The translations under genes and the position numbers were made by a program. The notes beneath the pieces are model-generated. The model was given only the letters and a program-made list of their open reading frames with translations. It searched no databases and had not been told where the DNA came from. Shown in pieces: positions 41,501 to 52,719 of a stretch of DNA of 64,000 nucleotides; positions within the stretch are counted from its first letter, which is position 1; each line of letters opens with the position of its first letter. Origin of the DNA: Paraphysomonas bandaiensis (taxonomy: Eukaryota; Protista; Chrysophyceae); contig CBFFRP010000217.1 in assembly GCA_965644295.1 (NCBI GenBank), positions 124,001 through 188,000 on the forward strand, given 5' to 3'.

Positions 41501-43842
41501 TTCGGAATTTCCTCTCAGACACCGCGTTGAGCTCTGGCGTGTCTCGTGTTGTATGTGACACCCGAGTCCCATATCGCTGCAACAGATACTCTCTTATCTG
41601 CTGACTAATAAGTTCGGATCCTCCATCGGCATGATACTCCACTATACGGTTCCACCCCTCGTACTTCACTAAGTGGACCTCGCACAAGTGTCGTAGACAT
41701 TTGAACACCTCCTCTCCGCTTCGAGTCCTCAATCCATATTCCCATATCATCTTTGTTGCTAAGTCCGTGAATAGGAGCACGTACTTATACCCTTGTCTGG
41801 ATTCACAATTCAGGTAGACTGAGATGTCCGCTGTCACTCGTTCCAGAAACCTGACTGCGCTTAGCTCTTCGTTGTCCCGTGATTTGAACGAATGCCTGGT
41901 TATCTTCGCCTTGGCACACCATTTACACAGGGGTTTCTTGCAACTCTTCTCCTTTGCCTTCGAAAGGTGATGTCGTTGTAGTCCTGATCCTCTGAATAAC
42001 ATGTGTCGGTGAGCTTCTAATAACTTCGATTTCGAGACATGTCCAGTACGCTCATGTAAGCGATCCAACGCATCTTGTCCTGTATTATCCGACAAATTTA
42101 CCTCCTCCATCTGATTGCACATAGACACATTTGGCAGATTTAACACCTCCATCAAGTCCACATACGGCATCCCTCCATGCTCATCGTACTCTCCAGTCAA
42201 CACCTCGTTTCCAGAGTCCAATTCCACGATTTTAGGCTTTCGAAGCAGTTGTAATCCGTATCCCATTGATCTCAGCATCCCTCCTGACACAATGTTCTTC
42301 ACCGCTTCTTCACTAACTCTGATGTCTCTCCATTCCCCGAATGTACCAGCCCCCTGTGTCTCCAATTGAGAACCCTTTCTAGTTAGTTGGATTGCCCCAA
42401 ACTCAGGAGTAAATGACTCCAGTGCAATTTTATCCTTTACTATAAACAGTCTTTTACTTGCACAACTGTCCAGATATACACGAGGTTCTTCCGACGTATC
42501 CACCGATAGCAAAACCTCTTCTCCAAACATATTCGCTTCATCATCCGACGACTCTCCGTCGTTGACGTATTTCTTCCATTCTGTCTCGAATTTCCTGTTC
42601 GATTTTCGAGGATTCTCATTATCCGGGTTTTTTATGTTCTTCCGTTTTTTCGACTTGCACTGTCGGGCTTTATGACTAAAATCTCCACAGATATGACAAC
42701 CAGTATAATCCTTTGATCCTGGCTGCTGCACACTCTTCGAAGCCTTTTCCTTTGTCTTCCCTTTTCTTTTGAACTTATCCATTTTTCTTTGTCGTTCCTT
42801 AGCATAACAATTCGCTGCTACATGTCCCTTCTTCCGACAAAATGAACAAACCACTGGCTCCTTCGACGCCGTAAAATTGATCTCTTCAGATTTGTCTCCC
42901 TTTAGTTTCTTCAGCTGCGTCATAGCCTCGTCATACTCTTCACAAGCCTCTTTCACCGAATCAAATGTAGTTGTTGCTTTAGGCATCATCGCTACCGACA
43001 TCCATAAATCATGTAATTCCTCTATCTGCAGCGCTGCTTTTATCTTTGCTAATTTACTTGCCTCTGTCTGCGGTTGTCCCAATTTTATGAGCTTCTGGAT
43101 TATACCGTTCAGTCGATCTACCCCAACAGACACCTTTTCCCCCGGCCTTATTTTGAACGAATGGTATTCTGCCGTAGTCTTCTCCAATACAGTCCCAATC
43201 TCGCCTCTGAACCTATCAACCAGTGTCTGAAGGAGCTCACTGGATAACACCTCCTTAGCAGGATCATCAGCAGGTAAAATTGCCTTCCCCTCCAAATATT
43301 GATTGGCTACCTCCAACACATCAGGGTCATGCTCGCAAGCCTCCCAAATAGTACTAACACAGGTATCATTACGCTCTCTCCATGACTCTAAATTCCTTCC
43401 TCCGGCTGGCGGGTCCTCCAAGCCAAGATGGTTTCGGTTTTTCTTCATTAGATGCATCTTGATTTTTCTCGCTGAATAGTCTGCTTGGTTCTTGTCAAAC
43501 CGTAGCTTCTTGTCATCTTCCCCATCCCTACAACTAGCATTCGCTACCATAACAGAAGTTGACATTATTTGCTAAGGTTTACTATTCTCAACTGATAAGA
43601 TGAAATTATAAACATTACATGATAAAGAACCTAAGTTGTGTTCGATGTGTTCAACACCATTCATTTACTACTATAGTGTACAAACCACCCACTCAGTGAT
43701 CGTATCCTGTATAGTCATCCACTTCTACTTCAGTTTCATACTACATAATATAATGTACTAATTACATATATATCTTTCGATCCTTGCATCTCACATAATA
43801 CTGCACTCAATTGCAAGTATATAGAATCTTCAGATCTCAACA
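38549..43842 (-). mobile_element. Intact Ty1/copia LTR retrotransposon (5294 bp)
   Basis: 293-bp LTRs at 38549-38841 and 43550-43842 with no difference seen. Perfect 5-bp TSD GAACC (38544-48, 43843-47). PBS TGGTAGCGAAT abuts the 5' LTR, and PPT GAGGGGGAG lies at 38842-38850. Confidence 0.98.
38967..43565 (-). CDS. Copia Gag-Pol polyprotein (single ORF, 1532 aa)
   Basis: Two CCHC knuckles, protease YLDSCAS, integrase HHCC (HERTGH..CKWC) with D-D-E (TAD, HADGG, SER), RT (QLDVSNAFL, LKKSLYGL, IYVDD) and RNase H (TDADWAGD, KHIEIKYH), in PR-IN-RT-RH order. Confidence 0.97.
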   Translation of the reverse strand: MSTSVMVANASCRDGEDDKKLRFDKNQADYSARKIKMHLMKKNRNHLGLEDPPAGGRNLESWRERNDTCVSTIWEACEHDPDVLEVANQYLEGKAILPADDPAKEVLSSELLQTLVDRFRGEIGTVLEKTTAEYHSFKIRPGEKVSVGVDRLNGIIQKLIKLGQPQTEASKLAKIKAALQIEELHDLWMSVAMMPKATTTFDSVKEACEEYDEAMTQLKKLKGDKSEEINFTASKEPVVCSFCRKKGHVAANCYAKERQRKMDKFKRKGKTKEKASKSVQQPGSKDYTGCHICGDFSHKARQCKSKKRKNIKNPDNENPRKSNRKFETEWKKYVNDGESSDDEANMFGEEVLLSVDTSEEPRVYLDSCASKRLFIVKDKIALESFTPEFGAIQLTRKGSQLETQGAGTFGEWRDIRVSEEAVKNIVSGGMLRSMGYGLQLLRKPKIVELDSGNEVLTGEYDEHGGMPYVDLMEVLNLPNVSMCNQMEEVNLSDNTGQDALDRLHERTGHVSKSKLLEAHRHMLFRGSGLQRHHLSKAKEKSCKKPLCKWCAKAKITRHSFKSRDNEELSAVRFLERVTADISVYLNCESRQGYKYVLLFTDLATKMIWEYGLRTRSGEEVFKCLRHLCEVHLVKYEGWNRIVEYHADGGSELISQQIREYLLQRYGTRVSHTTRDTPELNAVSERKFRTIGEMTLTMLTASGLPKSFWSDAYQTACYIVRRMPTRTWQGWMSPYECVPGGSVPSLSWLRKWGCKAYVLTPKADRRKDWEDKAMTGYFIGYPADRKGYKVLVGDTVVHSVHVLFDESVPERSQDYYRELEEAQVAIDPEARQPGEFEYLIGKHHEDGGLLYKTNRVVIRKGLIVGYRSLVTGNQVQVEDKTPIHIADIKKMTEDLAQRVVRARVTDNRDGGISGVVPQQSESGQVQPQADSALPSGEGTPAENHPHGKRARTPRTVTNVSVLGQIHHLSDESDVSDLLQEADSVWMSAEESTVPQTHRESLESAEHREWRRARRVEREGLAKRDTMEVTRIPDGVVPLHSKYVYGKKYDKEGEVRRYKARLVAIGCGQQSSGWANHFAPVVKGVTVRLLIAIAFVMNMVIHQLDVSNAFLYADIEGDVYMKATPDFQLPEGYCFKLKKSLYGLRSSPRSWWKTLDKFIRSMHFKPCVLDPCLYYQYKGDELILLTIYVDDILVLGRDVNIVKDIKAQLCARFDMKDMGEMEHFLNVRVTRTPEYIRLDQSVYAAKILEKFEKYLGSPRKVRKSPLPAEAMDLVAKGARHEHTEEEQLIVDNFPYRPLIGALLYLSMNTRPDIAYAVGVLSRFSNKVNIEVCKLLTHVWQYIRGSIDKGIQYGSRRFDFHMFTDADWAGDQLSRKSTSGYVGFAAGGPIVWQSKLQTTVATSSMQSEYQCIYSGLQEVLWVRGVTGEIKLRLIKPTPFFIDSQSAQDLAENPVFHKKSKHIEIKYHMVREHVDPNQFNTIKLVHVHTSQQAADIYTKSLVGLSYMEQRKRNLGEKVKSSTEVINEGPRDKRRRK

Positions 43843-44289
43843 GAACCAGGTCCTCCAAGGTCACGAAGCGATATCACTGGTCAATTTTGCACACTGACGC
43901 ATTAAACAGACGTCTACCAATATATCTGTTTCAAACTTAAGCCGACTCCAATATTGTCCCTCCATTGTGTGCACTCGTCCAGCACATACATCACCCTTAC
44001 ACTCTTCTCCTGATTTACCTTCCCCGCTCGGATGAAAACCAACTAAGCAAGAGTAACATATAAAAGCAAAACCAATGTACCCGACACTGCTTGGAGAACT
44101 GCCAGAGCCTTGTTATAATCTCAATGACCTGGGCCAAGAAAAACTAAGGCTAGGCAGTAGACGTGTGGGAAGAAATAACAGATCTAATCACATTGTCATT
44201 GCCGCGAATCTATGAATAATGTGTGGTGAATTACCACGGTCATTGGCCAGATACAGATGCCGAGTATTATGAACTCATATTCAGCATCA

Positions 44290-44570
44290 GTCATTCAAAG
44301 CAAACGCCGTGAGCAAGCAGAATGTTGATATACCTGACATCTGCCAACTTCAGGTACGTTAAAATGATTTTATCACGTATGAAGGTGATGTCGAATTAAT
44401 GTCAACGATCAATAGACAGGCACAAGAAATTCACTGTGTATTGTTCTTACAGACGCAGTAATAATAATTTTATTGTACTGATTATTGTTCTTGGTTCTTG
44501 AAATCTCTGTTACGTTTTTATGATTTCCAAGCAGTAAGAGTAGTTTTAAGTCAACATTATGCAATCGTGA
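44290..44570 (+). repeat. Copy of the dispersed repeat family, inverted relative to 37407-37885 and lacking about 220 bp of its interior
   Basis: 44351-44570 is nearly the exact reverse complement of 37407-37627, and 44314-44353 matches the reverse complement of 37846-37885. Confidence 0.85.
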
Positions 44571-45041
44571 GAATTTCACGATATTTTTGGTAAAACGAGG
44601 AGATATTACAGTATTTAAGTAAAAATGTTAAAAGATATTCCTTGTGTAGTGTAACACAACAAAAATATTTACTTTTAAGTCTTATAGGGTGGACGTGTAT
44701 GCTGACTAGTAGTAGAGTGAAGTGCATAAACACTTGATGCATTTTTATTTGCGAAAAATTCCCTTCTGCACTATCTTTTGTCAGTATCAAATTAAACATA
44801 TTAATTAGATCAAAGAACCAACAATGAATGCCTCGATTGGATTCAGCAGCACATACTTTCATATACAATTTCAATACTCGGAATTCAAGACCACACCGCT
44901 GCGGCGTGTAATATTAATACGATGCTTAAAAGACTCTTAATGTGACAACAAACGCTGGATATTCACAGCGGCTGATAACAACACCTCGGTTATTTGAACC
45001 GACAGATAGAATATTACCGATATTTATTTCCGATTTCGGAT

Positions 45042-46463
45042 CTATTGCCCTGTCACCGAAGCAACGACTGCGGCACCTCCCTCAGTCGAGGACGCAGCAC
45101 TTTTCTTCTTCTCCGGCTGAAGTGCCTTACGTGCTTCTGGAGTAGGGTTGGAAAGATAGTGCTCGTACTTCTCGTATGTTGTTTCGCGCCGCACAGCACG
45201 TTCTTTAAGCATGTGCTTGATTTCCTCACGACTCAGCTTACCAGAGTAATCAACATAGTGGTCAGCCAGCAAATCCCACTGACTAAATAGAATAAAGAGC
45301 GACAACTCCAAAATCGAAAGGCCTCGAAATACGGATGCTTTGTACTTCGCGAATTCGGCCTCCTTCGATTTTTGGTGCTCGGCAAGATCTTTGTAATACA
45401 CCCCCGGGTAGTAGTGATGTGCCATATGATCATCTTCTCCAAAGTAATCATCGTCCCCATCAATAATAGTGGTTGAATTGATACACGGTATGTTAACTCC
45501 ATTTTCATCGAACTCAATAAATCCATGGAAACCATAGTTGAGAAGGGCAAGGAAATATGTCATGCATATGAAGGGCTGGATGTATATCCAAAAGACGAAA
45601 GAAGGTGAGCGTGTAATAGCCAAGAAGGCCACAGCAATTGACCAGTACGCAATCATTCCCTTTCGTAGCATCTCCCTCTTGGCCTTGTGTCCATGGGCTC
45701 CGAAAAATTTCAACGACGAGGCTCCGCACATATGGTGGGCGATGCGGTATATATACAACATGAAGTGGGCTAAGTTGGTGCGATCGAGGTCCCACTCGTA
45801 GAATGTATCACCAATGCCTCCATCAAGGCGATGGTGGATAAATACGTGGGAGGTAGTGAAGTTCCATGGAACATTTCCAAACATAGGTCCAAGTATGTTT
45901 TCGAACACATGACCAACAGAATCACGGATCCATTTCTTGTATAACCCTCTGTTATGTCCCTAGTCAAAGAATACTATGTGAACTAGTGCATACATTAAGA
46001 TTAATAATGACTGTACCTCCTTATGAGCAAGGGCATAAGCGGCTCCCATTATGCGACCACCAAATCCCACCCATGAGAAGTAGTAGGCCGCAATCAACCA
46101 CCACGGCAATGACCCATTTTTGAGCTGCCAGTAAAACATAAATCCTATGGAGAGACTGGAGTTAACGAGCAAAGTAACGCTGGAAACAAAGAAGTCTGCA
46201 TGCTTTGGGTTGCTGTATATGTAGTTGGCAGCGAATGACCGGACATACTTGTTGTTATCGATGATGTTATACACAGGCAACAGCACCTTAGAGAGCAGAT
46301 GCTTCCATAGCAGTCCCTATTCAACAATATGAGCAATAAGAGGGGACAGCAGAGGCGTCATGAGGTGTACCTGAACCACTATAGGCACCGACCAGAAGAT
46401 AACAAAATTAACAGTGAAGAGCAGCCCACAGGCGATACGAAACACTCTCTCTGCGGGGCTCAT
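45042..46463 (-). CDS. Membrane fatty acid desaturase/hydroxylase-family protein (three exons; an extra upstream exon is possible)
   Basis: His boxes AHKE|GHN, HVFIHHR and HMAHH, several TM segments, and GT-AG introns at about 46316-46370 and 45961-46015. Confidence 0.8.
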
Positions 46464-47694
46464 AGGCGCTAGCTACTGGGATACAACAATAGATCAATGT
46501 ATTCAATGCTTTGTAGTATGCAGGTGTCGCAGTTGTCGTCTGCTGGGGAATGAAAAAGTGGTGGTCTCCTAGTGTTAAAATACGCTACGCATGACTGTAT
46601 ATATCCATCCACCATACACACACAGCCCTATACAAATACATAGCGAGAATTCGATTGGATGATCATACCCAAATCTTTCTTCCGTATATGTGCCGTACAG
46701 ACAGTATACTTCAATTTCGAAGCTTTGTTCCTTCTATTTAACTTCTTCTATTCAACATTCTGAATCTTGGAAAGTCATGATTGAAGTGAAAACTGAAATT
46801 ATTTGTAACATAGCATAAACATTACTGTGTCATATCTGCACTGGAATTCCTAGCTAAACCTGCCTCACTGCTAGGAATTCCTATGCATATCCAGGAATAT
46901 TCTATCATAACTAACGATAGTGTGCATAGATTTCTTGTTTACTTGATGTAGTATTACGAATTGTTGGTAGTAGACCTGATTATGAAACTCGCAGTGTACA
47001 CAAAGTGTTTATGTGATCTATGAATGGTTCGATCTTGTCATGAAACTGCATGGCAATACTCCTACTTGTATCATCTACATTACACTGCGGCACATTGTGC
47101 TTTAATATAGTACAGCCTGGAAAGAGGAATTCCTCAACCTTATCTCGGATGACCCTCTGATGAGTACGCTATCCTCGCTGTGAAAATCGTATGCCAGTGT
47201 TGTACGAAGGAAGCGTTACTCTCTACACCATGAAAGAAACCTGTCATAGTTTAGTGCTTCACGTCAACCCCGTTACTGATATGATATATGCTTTATTAAA
47301 TAATATACTTGGTTTGTATTTGTTTGGTGTATCACCCATGTTGGAATGATAATCTAAAAGACAAAATTTTTGCTTTCTTACATATCCGCACAGCCCCTTT
47401 TTTCAACTCTATATTTGTTGGCTCGTATCATTGACTTACAAACGAAAGAGGCGCAGCAGTTACTAATTACTGCTAGTCACCTTTACGCAATACATCGTGT
47501 ATAAAACGAAGCATACGACATAGTAAAATGTCGACATTGAATAGATCATTTACTCTTGTAAACAAGCGAGTGTTCTATAAAACATAGCTTATTGCCCTAG
47601 TCAATAGGAACGAAAGGATACGTACGAATCTAGCTCGTAACACATTTAACGCGATATGTAACACAGAAAACTAGGACAAATATGCTCTACTTAT

Positions 47695-48759
47695 TTACAT
47701 ATCTTGCAACACATCTATAAGGACATACGAAAACCTTTCCAGTAAATCCATTTGATTCGTCTGAGATGGTGATGTAGCAATCCAAGTTTCATAAGATAGT
47801 GTTATCATATGCAGTGCACGGCGCATTGCAATCCTATAATCATGAGGAGTGAGTAGTAGCCCCCCTCCAAGCCTACGCACTTCCTCGTTATATACACTTA
47901 GTAAACTGTACTCTTCCTGGCGTCGCATAGATGGCGTCATTGAAGTGCAAAGCAAAGTGGCAATATCTTCAACAGGGGAGCCCACATGTGCGAACTGAAA
48001 ATCTATGACGACAGCATACGGAGTGATCGGATGACTTAAAACAGTCGCGTCATTTCTAGCTGTATTGTGTATCATAATGTTTGAGGACCAGCAGTCGCCA
48101 TTGATAAGACACTTGTGATTAGAATGGTAGTTGTCAGGCATTGGTACACCACCATGTGCACCTATCAACTCCTCTGTTAAGCGAATTCGTTCTCCTCCAG
48201 CACCAGCTTTAACTATAGCAGAAACTAAACAGCCTAGCTCATGCATCTCTATTCTTTCCGGTCGTTTCCATACTTGCAACCCCGAATCACCAGAAAGCTG
48301 TACATTCGAGGTGGTAGTATGTAACTTCGCTAGAGCTTTCACCGCCAACACAACCTCTTCATATTTTAAACCAGTATAAAAATTAGGAACATATAAGTCA
48401 GCTAGATATTCAAGCACCAGCAAACGGTCGTTGCCGCCTATGTAAAGTGGAATAGGACTGTCTGAATCAAGATATCTATTTCCATCATCATCTAACACGG
48501 GTGGAAACAAAGGATTAACTGTTTCATAAAATTCCAATTCTCTTTTATGTGGTTTGACTTGCTCAAGGAATTCAACTATTTCATGGGAGGTGTTCAACGA
48601 AGGCATGGGGATCTTAACACACACACTTCTTCTCTCCTTGATCTGAACACGATACACTTTACCCAGAAATCCACATCCTTGTCCAATGAGAGAAAAATTC
48701 AAGGGTGATTCTTCGAGATGAAGTAGAGTTTTCAGAGTGCTCAGTGTGAATTCGTCCAT
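47695..48759 (-). CDS. APH/choline-kinase-like (ecdysteroid kinase-like) phosphotransferase
   Basis: GQGCGFLGKVYRV, VCVKIP, RELEFY, LVLEYL, LAKLH, INGDCWSSNI, VIDFQ and GSPVEDIA. The start is uncertain (48759 or 48795). Confidence 0.8.
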   Translation of the reverse strand: MDEFTLSTLKTLLHLEESPLNFSLIGQGCGFLGKVYRVQIKERRSVCVKIPMPSLNTSHEIVEFLEQVKPHKRELEFYETVNPLFPPVLDDDGNRYLDSDSPIPLYIGGNDRLLVLEYLADLYVPNFYTGLKYEEVVLAVKALAKLHTTTSNVQLSGDSGLQVWKRPERIEMHELGCLVSAIVKAGAGGERIRLTEELIGAHGGVPMPDNYHSNHKCLINGDCWSSNIMIHNTARNDATVLSHPITPYAVVIDFQFAHVGSPVEDIATLLCTSMTPSMRRQEEYSLLSVYNEEVRRLGGGLLLTPHDYRIAMRRALHMITLSYETWIATSPSQTNQMDLLERFSYVLIDVLQDM

Positions 48760-48802
48760 AAGACATTCCTCAAGATATGAGAAAGTCAGGATGCATTGCA
48801 AG

Positions 48803-49944
48803 CATACCTACCTACCTACCTACCTACCTACATACATACATACATACATACCTACCTACATACCTACATACCTACCTACCTACCTACCTACCTACCTACC
48901 TACATACATACATACATACATACCTACCTACATACCTACATACCTACCTACCTACCTACCTACCTACCTACCTACCTACCTACATACATACATACATACA
49001 TACATACATACATACCTACCTACCTACATACCTACATACCTACCTACCTACCTACCTACCTACCTACCTACCTACCTACATACATACATACATACATACC
49101 TACCTACATACCTACATACCTACCTACCTACCTACCTACCTACCTACCTACCTACCTACATACATACATACATACATACATACATACATACATACATACA
49201 CATACATACACATACATACATACATACATACATACATACATACATACATACATACATACATACATACATACATACATACATACATACATACATACATACA
49301 TACATACATACATACATACATACATACATACATACATACATACATACATACATACATACATACCTACCTACCTACCTACCTACCTACCTACCTACCTACC
49401 TACCTACCTACATACATACATACATACATACACATACATACACATACATACATACATACATACATACATACATACATACATACATACATACATACATACA
49501 TACATACATACATACATACATACATACATACATACATACATACATACATACATACATACATACATACATACCTACATACCTACATACATACATACATACC
49601 TACATACCTACATACCTACATACCTACATACCTACATACCTACATACCTACATACCTACATACATACATACATACATACATACATACATACATACATACA
49701 TACATACATACATACATACATACATACATACATACATACATACATACATACATACATACATACATACATACATACATACATACATACATACATACATACA
49801 TACATACATACATACATACATACATACATACATACATACATACATACATACATACATACATACATACATACATACGTACATACATACATACATACATACA
49901 TACATACATACATACATACATACATACATACATACATACATACA

Positions 49945-49975
<31 letters not shown>
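48803..49975 (+). repeat. Compound (TACC)n/(TACA)n tetranucleotide microsatellite, about 1.17 kb
   Basis: Directly visible, with higher-order TACC/TACA blocks at the left and long pure TACA tracts at the right. Confidence 0.99.
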
Positions 49976-49978
<3 letters not shown>

Positions 49979-50067
49979 AACATACATGCATACAAAGCTG
50001 TCATGGTATCTCCAGTGACCTCTAGTGCAGTTATAGTTAAAAGATCTTAAGGAAGTGTGTAGTGACC

Positions 50068-51784
50068 ATGGTTGATATGCACTCTTTTATCTCCTCTATT
50101 AATGGGTATGTCAGATCAGAGGATGGGGTGAGATTAGCCAAATCACTGCAGCTGCCTCTCGGTCGTAAAACTATACCCAAGATATACAAACAGCTTGCTC
50201 AGCGTGCGCAGTCTATTAACGCAGTTTCCTATTGCGAGTCGAATATATCTGATTCGAATATCGCAGTTGCAGTGGGCAATATGATAAAGGCTCTTGTGGC
50301 ATTGTGTGATGGGAAGTGGACAGAGTCGTACAACTTCGAATTGCTGTCCTATAATGCTATATTGGCGTACTTCAGAGATGAGCCATCCAACTGGATAATA
50401 CCCGTTCTTGTTTTAATATCTAATGACTTGCGAATGTTGGCTGTGCAGGTTAGTTTCTTATTCATGTATATTGCGTAGTTGTCATTTCTTTCGGGCTACG
50501 AGATATATAATGCTCTGTTACAGGCGGACACTGCTATGAAGAAGAGAGATAACGAGACGCTCCGCGATGCCTTGCGTAATCTCACCAATGGCTTCAATGC
50601 TGTGGCGAAGGACCGCACTCCCTTCACAGATCCCAATAGCAAGAAGTTGGCGATATTTTCCGTCACTAATGTTCTTTTCAAAATATATTTCAAACTGAAC
50701 ACTCTACAGCTGTGTAGCAAACTAATTAATGTAGTGGAAAGGCCTGGACCGGCTAATGCGCTCGACTCTTATCATCTATTTCCTGTTGCGGATGTGGTTA
50801 CGTACAAGTTTTATATCGGCCGTCTAAAGATGTTTGAAGACAAATATGAAGACGCTAGGTGTGTGTACGATGCGATATTTATACATAGTACAGTATCTCA
50901 ATATCAACATGGCGGTTATTTATCCATATCATTACTTTAAATTGTATTCTTATTTAGTTGTGATGTCACAGGGAGTGCTTTATGTTTGCACTTCGGCATA
51001 CACCTCAATCGGAAGTGCGGAATCGTCGTCGCATATTGTGCAGTCTGGTACCTGTACAAATGTGCTTAGGAGTGATGCCAGGGCCAGCTGTGGGAACTGT
51101 GTACGGTTTCACAGATTATATGGATCTTGGGAGGGCAGTCATCGCTGGAAACTTGAAATCATATGATGAGGTGACACTCAAGTATATGTTGTGTTTTCCT
51201 CACTGGTCATTGAATCGAGTATGTCGTGAATGCTATTATATTTCTAATTTTATCGGCTTGCAGATTATGCAAAGGAACCAACGAACTTTCATATGCAGTG
51301 GCGTGTACCTCGTTCTGGAACAGGTACCTTGAAAATGGCTAGCGATCATGCGTGCTTTATTCTATGTACGGCTCGACATCTCATATGACTGGCGCGTTGT
51401 AGGTAAAGATGATAGCTTATAGGAATCTCCTGAAGAAGCTGTACATGATATCTAATAGCACTCGAATCAAACTTGGTTGGATGGAAAGGTGAGTATTTGG
51501 TAACGAAAATGACCACTTCATATTGTTGAAGTCGAGCATGTGAATTGTCGAAATTTCTTATGTGTTTTAATCTATATGATTGATTCCTCATCAACATTCG
51601 TGTTCACAGTGCTATGCAATGGATGGGTGATGAGGAGATCGACCTTGATGAAATCGAGTGTATAATTGCTAATCTCATCTACCAAGGGAAGGTGAAGGGA
51701 TATATTAGTCACCAGAAACGAACACTCATTATATCCAAGCAAGACCCCTTTCCGAAGGCTGCTATCATTAAGAGCACAGTATAA
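50068..51784 (+). CDS. PCID2: PCI domain-containing protein 2 (PCID2/Thp1/CSN12-like, TREX-2 subunit), copy 1, multi-exon
   Basis: SKKLAIFSVTNVLFKIYFKLN, VVTYKFYIGRLKMFE, NRRRILCSLVPVQMCLG, GVYLVLEQ, IAYRNLLKK and the C-terminal DLDEIECIIANLIYQGKVKGYISHQKRTLIISKQDPFP. Confidence 0.93.
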
Positions 51785-52719
51785 TTTCTAGTGTATGCGT
51801 GCTTATGATAGGTGTAGGCGTTAGATACATATACAGAAGTTTAGTGGTTATTGATAATCAACAGTATGCATATATGCTATATAGTTGAGATGCATGTTGG
51901 AGTGTAATGAATATTTGCTGACTCTTTCTAAACTTTCTCTTTTAGTAACATGTATTGTACCACTACTCTATATATCTTAGATATGACAGGGGACATTGAT
52001 GTGAAGCACATGTTGATCTCCATCAAGTCTCATATTGAAAGTCTTAATATTTGCAATAGGCGTTGACAAACTATTGAGAATTGCTCATTTTAAGCTAGAC
52101 CACAGAGAGAATTTGTCGTAAGACTAGATAGATTTATTAATTTCGTTTACACGAAGTTGTGATAACCAACACTAACTCATTATAATCCCTGCATAATATC
52201 CTACATATGCGAACCTCTCGTTACTGAACATATCTTGAAAGATCAAACTATTTCAGTTTCTCAATATCATCACAGCATTTGTACATCACTATATTTCACT
52301 GTATTCTCGTATATTGTCTTCAAGTGACATACTGAATATACTAGAATAAGATCCATATTCTAATACAAACTAGTTAGACCTATACCTGTAACTAATCAGT
52401 ACAAACTCTATTATCCTACTATTTAAAACTACAAGAACTGCTTGTGCGTCGCCGCAAGCACCAAGGTGCAACCAATCTCGCTATAAAGTGGACAAGTGGG
52501 CTTCGATCCCACTACCTCACGCATGGACAACACCAAGGCCACCTAGAGAGCTCGATTCTGTACATATGAGCCTATGAGTTCATAATGAAGCACATCTGTA
52601 CATAATTATGAGTTCATAATTCTATAGCATATATGCATACTGTTGATTATCAATAACCACTAAACTTCTGTATATGTATCTAACGCCTACACCTATCATA
52701 AGCACGCATACACTAGAAA

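Noticed and set aside
39646-43230. Plus-strand ORFs within the copia element
   Set aside because: Short antisense shadows of Gag-Pol with no recognisable features.
47150-47280. CTGATGAG...GAAA as a hammerhead ribozyme, or a C/D-box snoRNA
   Set aside because: Stem II does not pair properly before GAAA (the better stem is followed by GAAG), and stems I and III are not evident. The putative rRNA guide is only about 8 nt. An Infernal/Rfam search would be needed.
48737-50050. Long ORFs of 400+ aa (TYIH/TYLP repeats, and MYVC on the minus strand)
   Set aside because: Translations of the TACA/TACC microsatellite, which contains no stop codon in any frame.
52496-52512. T-arm-like hairpin as a tRNA gene
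   Set aside because: No acceptor stem, D-arm or anticodon arm can be built around it.
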